This document shows, in pieces, positions 39,716 to 48,201 of a stretch of DNA of 64,000 nucleotides (the stretch's first letter is position 1; the number at the start of each line of letters is the position of its first letter). Location: NCBI GenBank assembly GCA_965215195.1, contig CBDCDC010000002.1, positions 1,088,001 to 1,152,000 of the forward strand, read 5' to 3'. The notes under the pieces are model-generated. The model searched no databases and was not told the origin of the DNA. It saw only the letters and a program-made list of their open reading frames with translations. A program made the translations under genes and the position numbers. Source of the DNA: Candidatus Latescibacterota bacterium. GTDB lineage: Bacteria; Latescibacterota; UBA2968; UBA8231.

Positions 39716-40771
39716 CTAGTTCCCACCTTTCTTAGAGAGTTCTCTAGCTGGTTTAGGCCTAAAGTACTTTAACCAACCGCGTTCAAACATAGCTTTGCAT
39801 ACCACCAATTTCAAAGCAGATGGAACCTCCCCTGGAAGATTCTTAATTAAAGTAGGAGTCTTACTTCGCACCATGTGCTCAACAAGTCTAATTGAGTCCC
39901 TTGGCAGACGAAGGAGAGTATTAGCTGATGTAACTAAGCCCTCTCCTTTCACGACTAACTGTTCACCACAGTTATCGTCAAATGATAATCTTATACCACT
40001 CTCTATTACTATGCAGCCCTCCAATGACATAAAAGAGGCCGTTTCAATATCGAGATCAAATCTATTCTTCGGGCAATTATGCCATGTTGTCCGACCTTTA
40101 GCAATAAGCCTTATCGCTTCGATCATTTTATTAACCGACTCAATATCATTTCTAACAAGATCCATCAATTTGTCACAAATACAAACGTTCTCCTCGCCGA
40201 TCGAAGACGCAAGAATCGCCAAGGGAGTAGATAAGATTGATGCTCCTTCACGATGAGATAATCTCATCTGTCTTACCAAGACTTCTAACGTCAGTGCCTT
40301 GAATCCTACAGTTAAATGTACGGATGGTTCTCTTCCCGCTCTGGCTTGATGCTTAGCACCTTTGGGAATATATAATGCGTCTCCCACTCCAAGCTCCTTT
40401 TCAATCACTGCTGAAATATGAGCATCTATAGGCTCGACTACCCAGTTTTTTGATCCCTCGCACTGAATTGCAAACACATCATAATTATCTTTATGGGCAT
40501 GTAAAGTTTGTTTTCCGTTGGGGGTCATATAACAATTAATGTTTGCATTCCCCAGAAGATGATTTTCAAGTGAACTTCGCATCACAGACAATACTGGAAC
40601 CAAGCGATCCAATCCTCGAATGACTACGGACTTTCCTCTTTGAAATGCATCTAGAGCTGCCCTAGCGTTGCAATTCGCATCAACTTCTAGTCGTCTTTCA
40701 CTAAGAACCTCTACATGGTTGTTGGGATCTGAACCTATGGCCCAGATCAACTTTGTAATCTCCTCATACAT
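39716..40771 (-). CDS. JmjC/Cupin_4 (YcfD/NO66-like) Fe(II)/2OG oxygenase
   Basis: NCYMTP...HAHKDNYDVFAIQCEGSKNW...GDALYIPKGAKHQA...SVHLTVG. Start placed at MYEE. Confidence 0.88.
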   Translation of the reverse strand: MYEEITKLIWAIGSDPNNHVEVLSERRLEVDANCNARAALDAFQRGKSVVIRGLDRLVPVLSVMRSSLENHLLGNANINCYMTPNGKQTLHAHKDNYDVFAIQCEGSKNWVVEPIDAHISAVIEKELGVGDALYIPKGAKHQARAGREPSVHLTVGFKALTLEVLVRQMRLSHREGASILSTPLAILASSIGEENVCICDKLMDLVRNDIESVNKMIEAIRLIAKGRTTWHNCPKNRFDLDIETASFMSLEGCIVIESGIRLSFDDNCGEQLVVKGEGLVTSANTLLRLPRDSIRLVEHMVRSKTPTLIKNLPGEVPSALKLVVCKAMFERGWLKYFRPKPARELSKKGGN

Positions 40772-40799
40772 GAACTTTAACGCGTCTGGCCCTTGCTGG

Positions 40800-42143
40800 T
40801 CAGGAAACCATCCGCATCGGCATGAGCACGGCAGCGTGGTGGTCCGCCCCCGCCTCAAAGTGAAGGGGTGCCTTACCATGGTCGAGATATATCCGTATCT
40901 CCTCCGCCGCGTCTTTCAGAGCCTCCACAATCGCTTTGAGGAAGTCGTGATTGAGGCCGGCGCGGAACGATCCGCCATCCTCGATATTTGTCACATCGGC
41001 AGGGCAACTCACGGAGTACTCCCAGTCCGGTAGCTCGTCGCCGAGCAGGTCGTCCGCGTCTTCTCGGGTCCGACTGAACCCTTGATCCCGCGTCGTGCGC
41101 AGTGCCAGTTTCCCCTCTGCGCTCGACACTCGCATCTCTACGCTAGGCACGTACTCCCAGCCACTTTTCACCAGTTCGTGGCGGTCTCTGAGGAACGGCT
41201 CGATCTCCTCCACGCAGGCCATCAGGTGCTCGCTGTGCACGACCACCAAGATCGGACCGGGGGTGCCGACGGCCTCTTGGTACTTGAGGTACGGTCCGGG
41301 AATTGCAGGGAACGTCACCCTGCGGCCGTCCGAGGTCTGCAACGTGGCAGATTCCTCTTCGAGAATCAGCATTGCCGAGTCCGTCTCCGGGATCATTTCA
41401 GGGTGCAGCGAATCGAGAATCACCGGGACCGGCAGCGACGCCAGACCCTTACTCAACCAGTTGAGCAGCCGCGAGCCATCGGTTGCGACAATCCTGCCGC
41501 CGGCGTCGAGACAGACGCAGTGCATAATGGGCCGCTTGGGATCGTCGCTTGTGAAGCGAGCTACGCGGCGCAGTCCGGCCAGATCGTCCAGGCCGAGTTC
41601 GAATGTCTGGGAAGTGCTGGATTCCGCCATCGCCACGATCTCCTTTTGCAGGCGTTTCCGGGCCTTTTGCAGACGGCTCTTTACCACTCCGGTTTGGAGG
41701 TGCAGCAAGTTTGCGGTCTGCTGATATGAATAGCCCTTGAGGTAGTGGTGGACGATCACGTCGCGGTGGGGGTCACTCAACCGTCCTATCGCCTTCCGCA
41801 CGAGTGCCCTGATCTCTTGCTTCTCCTGCTCGGGCGGTGCCGCGAGGTCGAGCTGATCCAGAAGATTGAGTTGCGTGAGGCGGTGCCGCTGCCACATGCG
41901 CGCTTTGTTGTCCGCAATCGAACACAGCCAAGCACCGAACCGCTCGGGAGAGCGCAGCCTTGCTAGCTGCTGGTACGCGGCCATGAACGCCTCCTGCAGG
42001 ATGTCCTCTGCCGCCTCTTGCGAGCCCAGCCTGCGGGTGAGTCGCGCCAGTAGCCACGGCGAATGTTCCTCAACGAGCAGACCAAACGCCGTAGCGTCGC
42101 CAGCGGCCGCCTTCTGCACACAATTTTCCCCATTCCGTTCCAT
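40800..42143 (-). CDS. ECF sigma factor fused to DnaN (beta-clamp) domain II-III-like region
   Basis: Sigma2/4 motifs AEDILQEAF, FGAWL and VKSRLQKARKRL; clamp motifs SDDPKRPIM.CV, VATDGSRL, GPYLKY, GLNHDFL and terminal VLMPMRM. Confidence 0.82.
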   Translation of the reverse strand: MERNGENCVQKAAAGDATAFGLLVEEHSPWLLARLTRRLGSQEAAEDILQEAFMAAYQQLARLRSPERFGAWLCSIADNKARMWQRHRLTQLNLLDQLDLAAPPEQEKQEIRALVRKAIGRLSDPHRDVIVHHYLKGYSYQQTANLLHLQTGVVKSRLQKARKRLQKEIVAMAESSTSQTFELGLDDLAGLRRVARFTSDDPKRPIMHCVCLDAGGRIVATDGSRLLNWLSKGLASLPVPVILDSLHPEMIPETDSAMLILEEESATLQTSDGRRVTFPAIPGPYLKYQEAVGTPGPILVVVHSEHLMACVEEIEPFLRDRHELVKSGWEYVPSVEMRVSSAEGKLALRTTRDQGFSRTREDADDLLGDELPDWEYSVSCPADVTNIEDGGSFRAGLNHDFLKAIVEALKDAAEEIRIYLDHGKAPLHFEAGADHHAAVLMPMRMVS

Positions 42144-42207
42144 GTCACCCTTATACTTATAGTTGCTTCGAGGCGACAAAGGTATCCCCAGCGGGACAAA
42201 ATTCATC

Positions 42208-43494
42208 CTACTCCCGCACGAACTGCGGCCGGCCGCAGCCGTCGTTGACCACGTAGCTGCGCGCTGGAATCGCCGCTTGGTCGGGAATGACTAAATCGAG
42301 CGGCGAATCATTCTCAATGACCGTGCCAGCCCCCACGCGCACCCCGGCCCCCAATTTAATCGCTCCAGGCCGCACGGCCCCCGCCCTAATGGTGCCGATA
42401 GATACTGACACGCCGATCCGGCAATCCGGGCCAATCGCGACGATGCCGTTGATTTCGGTGTTGGCCCCAATCGCCGTGCGGTCGCCCACCTGCACCGGGC
42501 CGAAAAGCCCGGCATCCGTGCCGATAAACACGTAGTCGCCAATGGCCGGATGGCGTTGCTGCACTTTGCCGCTGAGGCCGCCCAAAGTACACGGATAAAT
42601 GTGGCATCCGCTGCCGATGATACCCGTCTGTCCGGTGGTTATGCCGCGATGGGGATGGTCGAGGAAGTTGGCGTCGCCAATTTGCGTTTCGGGATGGATA
42701 TCCGCCTGATAGTAGCGGCCCCCCAACTCGGCAATGGCCCGCGGCAGCAAGGGCACTGGCCGCCGCATCAGCCCGGATTCCTCCTCCACCGAGCCGGAGC
42801 GCGTTAGGGCGTGGGCAATGTCGTGATAGAACAGCACCCGCCACCCCGGATAGGTGCTCATCACAAGCTGCATCTGGTAGTCGAAAATGAAGTCGCACTC
42901 CAGCGCGGCGAGGAAGCGGCGATAGTGGTCAAAGTCGCGGCGGCGAATGGTCTCGTCCAAAGCGGCCCGGAAGTCAATCGCGAGCAGTTGCTCCTGAGTC
43001 AGCCCACAATTGTCGAGCAAATAGGCGTCCCAAACGGCCGGATCCCTAAGCGCGGCAAAGCGATTCCAGCGGGCGCGCACCTTGTAAGCGGGCAACTCCC
43101 ACAGCAAACAGAAGGTGTTCATCAGGGCCTTCTCTTCAGTGCCTTCGCGCTCGCCGGCTGCCGAAAGCGACTGGGCGATCATCGCGTAGAGCTGATCGGC
43201 AATCTCGCCAATGGCCTCGTCGAGCGACTGCTTTTGCTGCCCCGGCCCCAAGGCATTGTGCGATCCAGGGGCGACGCATTCGAGCAAGTTGCCCAAAACC
43301 GTTTCCAGCAGGTCGCGATTGACAAACCCGCGCCCCGAGCGCTCCGAGAGAATGTCCCGGTCAACCGCGTCGATGCGGAGCGCGGCGACCTCCTCTGCGG
43401 TGTAGATCGGCACCAGCCGCTCTAACAGCCGCTCTAGCAACGCCCACTTGCGGCGTTGATACGAAGTGTCGAAAAGCGTGGAATTGCTCATCAT
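42208..43494 (-). CDS. Divergent serine-acetyltransferase-like hexapeptide-repeat protein
   Basis: YPG..V..YH.IAH.L, DIHPETQIG..NFLDH and TLGG....RHPAIG, plus a long N-terminal extension. Confidence 0.7.
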   Translation of the reverse strand: MMSNSTLFDTSYQRRKWALLERLLERLVPIYTAEEVAALRIDAVDRDILSERSGRGFVNRDLLETVLGNLLECVAPGSHNALGPGQQKQSLDEAIGEIADQLYAMIAQSLSAAGEREGTEEKALMNTFCLLWELPAYKVRARWNRFAALRDPAVWDAYLLDNCGLTQEQLLAIDFRAALDETIRRRDFDHYRRFLAALECDFIFDYQMQLVMSTYPGWRVLFYHDIAHALTRSGSVEEESGLMRRPVPLLPRAIAELGGRYYQADIHPETQIGDANFLDHPHRGITTGQTGIIGSGCHIYPCTLGGLSGKVQQRHPAIGDYVFIGTDAGLFGPVQVGDRTAIGANTEINGIVAIGPDCRIGVSVSIGTIRAGAVRPGAIKLGAGVRVGAGTVIENDSPLDLVIPDQAAIPARSYVVNDGCGRPQFVRE

Positions 43495-43586
43495 TTGCTC
43501 CCCATTTTGCCTCCGCATAACTTTTAAGGAAACTTACGGAACGCCCGCCGGGTTGCAACCCGGCTTCACTCTTGCGGGGAAAAACC

Positions 43587-44372
43587 ATGCACCCATTTGA
43601 ATCGCTGGTAGTACGCGAAGGCGCAGTTGGCATCCACTGGTTTGGCCAGAGCACATTTGGCCTCAAGGACGCACCGGGGACCATCGTCCAAGTCGATCCC
43701 TACTACCCCCGCGAGCGGCCGGCCGAGCGCTTCATCCACGCCCGGCCCCCGCTCCACGAGGCATCGCTGCACACGGATTTTGTGCTCCTGACCCACGACC
43801 ACGGCGACCACACGTGCCCAGAGTCCATTGCACGCATTGCCGCTGCCTATCCAGCCGTGCAGCTCGTCGGCCCGGCCGAGAGCATCCAGCGCGTCCGCCG
43901 CGCGGGCATTGCGGCCGCAGCAACGACAGTTGCCGCTGGGGACGCAGCCAAGCTGGGCACTATGACGGCCCACGCAGTGTACGCCAAACCCCCGGAGGGC
44001 CTGCCCAGCGACGCCATCGCTCCCCCCGATGTGACTCACCTCGGCTACGTGGTGGAGGCCGGCGGCGTGCGCGTGTACCTCTCCGGCGACCCGGTCAACA
44101 CGTTTGCCGAGCACGAAGCACTACTCGCGCCCATCCGCGCCCTCGCGCCCGACATCGGGCTGCTGACCAATCACCCCAGCGAAGGGGAATTTCCCTTCTT
44201 TGCCGGCTCGGCCAAGATGGCCTCGGCGCTCGGCCTCAAGGCCGCTGTACCGGCCCATTACGCCTGCTTTGTCGCTCGCAATTACGATCCCCAAGAATGG
44301 GCGGCCGCGCTCGCCGGGGTCGAGCCGCTGATCATCCCGTACAATCAATCCACCGTCTATTCGCCCCGCTAG
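43587..44372 (+). CDS. MBL-fold metallo-hydrolase (UlaG-like)
   Basis: WFGQS, VDPY, THDHGDH, YLSGD and PAHY. Confidence 0.88.
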   Translation: MHPFESLVVREGAVGIHWFGQSTFGLKDAPGTIVQVDPYYPRERPAERFIHARPPLHEASLHTDFVLLTHDHGDHTCPESIARIAAAYPAVQLVGPAESIQRVRRAGIAAAATTVAAGDAAKLGTMTAHAVYAKPPEGLPSDAIAPPDVTHLGYVVEAGGVRVYLSGDPVNTFAEHEALLAPIRALAPDIGLLTNHPSEGEFPFFAGSAKMASALGLKAAVPAHYACFVARNYDPQEWAAALAGVEPLIIPYNQSTVYSPR

Positions 44373-44481
44373 CCCACCGGGGCCGAGTGTGTTGATTTTC
44401 TCGCCTTCATTTATTATTATGGCACACCAATCAACGCGCCGGAGATTTCTGGCATTCACCTCAAACGCAAGGAGTACAGAT

Positions 44482-45429
44482 ATGCGGCGATTCACAATCG
44501 CAGGCGTTTTTAGCCTCGCCCTCGTGGGGGCGGCGAACGCTCAGTTTTTCGATCCGCCCGCTCTAGCGGATCGCAATGGCAGTCAGGGTTTTTGGTTTTA
44601 CATGCTCGAAGTCCCCGATCCCGCTGCCATCACCATCGACGGATTTGGCGACGACTGGGGTTGGTTTGACCCTGAGTACACCTTGACTATGGACGAGTGG
44701 CGCGACGAAGGCGACCGCCCGGCCCCAGACCGCGACGACCTGTTCATCACCACTTTCATGGGTTGGAAGGGCGGCGACGACAACCGCTGGTACTGCTTCT
44801 TGGAAGCGGTTGACGACGTGCTGGCGCACGCCGGCACGAACGTCGCTCGCTGGGATGGCGACATGCTGCAGGTCGGCCTCGATCCGCAGGATCACGGCCG
44901 CGAGCGCAGCCCGGCTTCGGGCTACACTATGGAGTGGCTGATGGCACCGGGCGACCTCAGCCCGCCGACCAACGTCGCTTTCCGCTACACCGAGCAAGAG
45001 GCGTGGGCCGAGTACGGGGAATCGCCGTGGATTGAAATGGCCGTGCGCGTCGATCCGCCCGAAGCTTGGGCCGCCGACTTGTGGGCTGAGGGCGGCACCA
45101 CGTACTACGAGTGGAGCGTCAAGGTCCTCGCCTTCCAAGACGACGCCGGCCCGTCGGCGAGTGAAGTGTGGCAGCTAGACGCAGTGGCCGGTGAAGATGG
45201 CGCGGGCCTGCCTTTCGCCATGTGGTACGAAGACGGCGAAGGCCCGGATTCGAGTTTCTCGCCCAGTGAAGACGGCACCCCGGGCGGCCGCAACGACTGG
45301 ACCACCCGCGGACCCGAAGCCTCGGCTCGGCAGTACTACTCCATTGCCAAGCTGCTGCGAGTTGGCGAGTACGCCAGCCCCACGGCAGTCGAATCATCGA
45401 CCTGGGGCAAGATCAAGGACTCGTTCTAA
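44482..45429 (+). CDS. Secreted CBM9/DOMON-like protein with C-terminal TWGKIK motif
   Basis: Signal peptide, ITIDG.GDDW, terminal TAVESSTWGKIKDSF; AAGGAG RBS. Confidence 0.75.
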   Translation: MRRFTIAGVFSLALVGAANAQFFDPPALADRNGSQGFWFYMLEVPDPAAITIDGFGDDWGWFDPEYTLTMDEWRDEGDRPAPDRDDLFITTFMGWKGGDDNRWYCFLEAVDDVLAHAGTNVARWDGDMLQVGLDPQDHGRERSPASGYTMEWLMAPGDLSPPTNVAFRYTEQEAWAEYGESPWIEMAVRVDPPEAWAADLWAEGGTTYYEWSVKVLAFQDDAGPSASEVWQLDAVAGEDGAGLPFAMWYEDGEGPDSSFSPSEDGTPGGRNDWTTRGPEASARQYYSIAKLLRVGEYASPTAVESSTWGKIKDSF

Positions 45430-45457
45430 GCAGCAAGGCCGACCGGCCGATCTAAAC

Positions 45458-45485
45458 GTAGGGGCGGTTCGCGAACCGCCCCTAC
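45458..45485. repeat. GTAG-type REP palindrome (may also act as terminator)
   Basis: Perfect palindrome GTAGGGGCGGTTCGCGAACCGCCCCTAC followed by a T run; degenerate relatives near 55171-55198 and 61005-61028. Confidence 0.75.
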
Positions 45486-45505
45486 ATTTTTTAGGGGGTT
45501 GTACC

Positions 45506-46219
45506 GTGTACAAACGGCTCTGGGCCTGGTCCTTACTGCTAACCCTGCTGGCGGGGGCTTGCGGCCGCTACTTTCACACGCCGCTTCAGCCAGCCAGCCA
45601 CCAAGCCGAGGGCATGCTCGTCAACGACGACGGGTCTATCACCTACGCCCTCGACCGCCTGTCGATTGAGCTCAAGCCCATGACGGACGCGGAATTAAAC
45701 CGCCTCGCCCCCGGGCCAGACCTGTCCGACAACCCCTACACCTTTGGCGCGTGGACGGCCCCGGGCGACGAGTGGACGCCGCCGCGATTTACCGTCTTTC
45801 GCCTCAAGGTCAACAACTATCAATTTCCCAAAGTCAAGATCGACCCGCTCAACGCGCACATTACCGCGGCCAACACCCGCCAGTACGCGGCCCTGAGCTA
45901 CGCCCAATTATACCAGTATTTTCGCTCGTATTGGCTGGGCCGCACCGGACAAGGGCGCAAGACCTTTCAAGCCCGCACGGACGCGCTCAAGCGCACCCTA
46001 TACAGCGGGGCCTTGGTCTTCAGCGGCAGCGAAGAACAGGGGTATTTGGTCTTTCCCGTCCTCGACGACGATGTGCGGGCGATCCAAGTACACATCGAGA
46101 ACATCGTCTTGCGCTTCGACTATGCAGACGCCCCCCTAGAGGCGATTGACCTGAGCTTCTCCTTCCAGCGCGACACCCTGCAAGGGTATGACCCCTCGGC
46201 CGCGGTGCGGATCAACTGA
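45506..46219 (+). CDS. Hypothetical lipoprotein
   Basis: GTG start, WSLLLTLLAGAC lipobox; stop overlaps the next ATG. Confidence 0.75.
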   Translation: MYKRLWAWSLLLTLLAGACGRYFHTPLQPASHQAEGMLVNDDGSITYALDRLSIELKPMTDAELNRLAPGPDLSDNPYTFGAWTAPGDEWTPPRFTVFRLKVNNYQFPKVKIDPLNAHITAANTRQYAALSYAQLYQYFRSYWLGRTGQGRKTFQARTDALKRTLYSGALVFSGSEEQGYLVFPVLDDDVRAIQVHIENIVLRFDYADAPLEAIDLSFSFQRDTLQGYDPSAAVRIN

Positions 46220-48201
46220 TGACCGCGCCTGCGCCCAGATCCCTCGTCGGCACCTTCTTGGCGGTGCTTGGGGGGCTAGCGCCAAGCGATGCCCAAGTTG
46301 AGGTGTGGCACATCGGCAAGGGGGGGCTTTCGTGGGTCTCACAGGCCGAGACCCAAGTCGGTGCGCTGGACGTCGACGGTGCCCTGCAACCCTTGCAGCT
46401 ACAGGCCGGAGAAAACCTCATCAAGCTGCTCCGCGCTTCGGGTCAACGCTTTCTCAACGGCCAACCCCGCGACTTCACCCTCGGCGGCCAGCCGCGGGCG
46501 TGGTCCAACGACGGCTTCTTCAACCAAGTCGCCGGCCCCCTCGACCTGATCGACGGCGAGCCGACTACCTCCTCGTCGGGCGTGTTCAAGACCGCCCAGA
46601 GCCAAGCTGGGGCGACATTCTTCTGGGATTTGGGTGCGCCCTTCCCGGTCAACCGCATTCGCTTCTTTCCCGCTCCCGACGACGACGCCTTTGTCAAAGC
46701 CTTTGAACTGCGGGTCAACGACGGCGAAAACTTCAACGACATCAATCGGCCGCAATACGAACTCTTGCGGCGGGTAGAAGTCAACCGCGAATCCACCGTA
46801 GATATCGAATTTGCCCCCTTGCAGGGCCGCTTCCTCCAGCTACTCGTGCTGTCGAAGACAGTGTTCAACATTGCGGAGTTTGAAATCTACGGGCAGGGCT
46901 TTGTGCCGGTCGCCAGCTACGAGTCGGCTCTGCACTCCTTTGGCGGCCCGGTCAACTACGGCCGCTTGCGCGTCCACGCCACCCAGCTTGGAGCGGCCGC
47001 GAGCGCGAGCATTCAGATGCGCACCGGAGCCGACGACAGCCCGCTGGCGTACTTTCGCCGCGACCGCGACACAGGTCGTCAAGAAGAGGTGCCGGCCGCC
47101 GAATACAATACCAGCCTGCCGCGGCGCGCCCTGTTCCGCCAAGACCCAATTACTGGCGAGCTATTAGAGGAGCTGGACCGGGCCGACTATCTCAATCTGC
47201 CGGTTGAGGAGCAAGGACCGGTGCGCGATTTCTTCAAGGGCGACATCCGCGACGACGTCGACAACTGGAGCGCGTGGTCGCCGAGCATACCCATCACGGG
47301 CACGGGCACAATCGAAGTGCCCATCGGGCTGCCCAGCCCGCGGGAATTCATGCAGTTCCGCATCCTCTTTGATGGCGACGCTGAAAACGCCGTGCGCATC
47401 GACACCTTTCAGGTGGAGTTTTCGCCTCAATTGGTCAGCGAGGCCATCGGCGAAGTGGCCCTTGCCAGCGATCCCTTTCCCGCCAGCGGCCTGCTCGAAG
47501 TGGAAGGGGGCATCGACACGACCTTTACTTACGACATCCGCACCGAGTTCGCCGCTGGCGTGGCCGGGTATCGCGGCGTCCGCATCGAGGCGTTTCCACC
47601 GCCGGTATTCGAGCGCCTGCAAATGGGCGAGCCCCTCGCGACCGTAGCAGACGTTGCCTGGGCGGCAACCGAGAGCGGTTTCGACGTTTTCTTTGCGCCC
47701 GTCGCCGCCGACCACAACCAGCCCCTGCGCATCACCTTCCGCCTGCGGCCACTGGTACACAATACCCCGATCAATGCCTATCTCCTCGGCGCGGAGAGCG
47801 TCCCGCCGCATCCCATCGCCCCGGGCAATGCCAGCGAATTAGCAGGCACGAACGCGACCAACGCCTTTGCGACGCAGGCACAGCCCGAGCTGCAACTAGC
47901 GCTTTCAACGGCCGTCATCTCGCCCAATGGGGACGGCCGCAACGATGCGGTCGCCATTGACCTCGTGTTGTCCCAGTTCGCTGCGGATACGGCAGTGGCG
48001 GTTGAGATTTTCGACCTCGGCGGACGCCGGGTGCGGCAGCTAGTCTCCGAGTTGCGGCCGGCTGGATTTTACTCCGAAAGCTGGGACGGCCGCGACGAAC
48101 CGGGCGGCTTGGTGCCCCCGGGCCTGTACCTCTGCCGCGTCGGCGTGGAGGCCGACTTCGCTGCGTTTGCCGCCGTAGAGCCGATAGGGGTGGCCTATTG
48201 A
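46219..48201 (+). CDS. Secreted discoidin-like protein with FlgD-Ig/CHU_C-type C-terminus (paralog 1)
   Basis: WDLG.PFPVNRIRFFP, SPNGDGRND, WDGRD...VPPGLY and terminal GVAY. Confidence 0.8.
   Translation: MTAPAPRSLVGTFLAVLGGLAPSDAQVEVWHIGKGGLSWVSQAETQVGALDVDGALQPLQLQAGENLIKLLRASGQRFLNGQPRDFTLGGQPRAWSNDGFFNQVAGPLDLIDGEPTTSSSGVFKTAQSQAGATFFWDLGAPFPVNRIRFFPAPDDDAFVKAFELRVNDGENFNDINRPQYELLRRVEVNRESTVDIEFAPLQGRFLQLLVLSKTVFNIAEFEIYGQGFVPVASYESALHSFGGPVNYGRLRVHATQLGAAASASIQMRTGADDSPLAYFRRDRDTGRQEEVPAAEYNTSLPRRALFRQDPITGELLEELDRADYLNLPVEEQGPVRDFFKGDIRDDVDNWSAWSPSIPITGTGTIEVPIGLPSPREFMQFRILFDGDAENAVRIDTFQVEFSPQLVSEAIGEVALASDPFPASGLLEVEGGIDTTFTYDIRTEFAAGVAGYRGVRIEAFPPPVFERLQMGEPLATVADVAWAATESGFDVFFAPVAADHNQPLRITFRLRPLVHNTPINAYLLGAESVPPHPIAPGNASELAGTNATNAFATQAQPELQLALSTAVISPNGDGRNDAVAIDLVLSQFAADTAVAVEIFDLGGRRVRQLVSELRPAGFYSESWDGRDEPGGLVPPGLYLCRVGVEADFAAFAAVEPIGVAY

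Noticed and set aside
42144-42207. Autoregulatory ECF promoter upstream of the sigma-clamp gene (GGATAC...CAACT)
   Set aside because: The motif is too short and the ECF group is unknown; it cannot be supported without homolog alignment.
42208-43494. Acetyltransferase-like gene as a lasso tailoring enzyme
   Set aside because: It has host-like GC, is separated from the cluster by the sigma gene, and is CysE-like rather than GNAT; there is no positive evidence.
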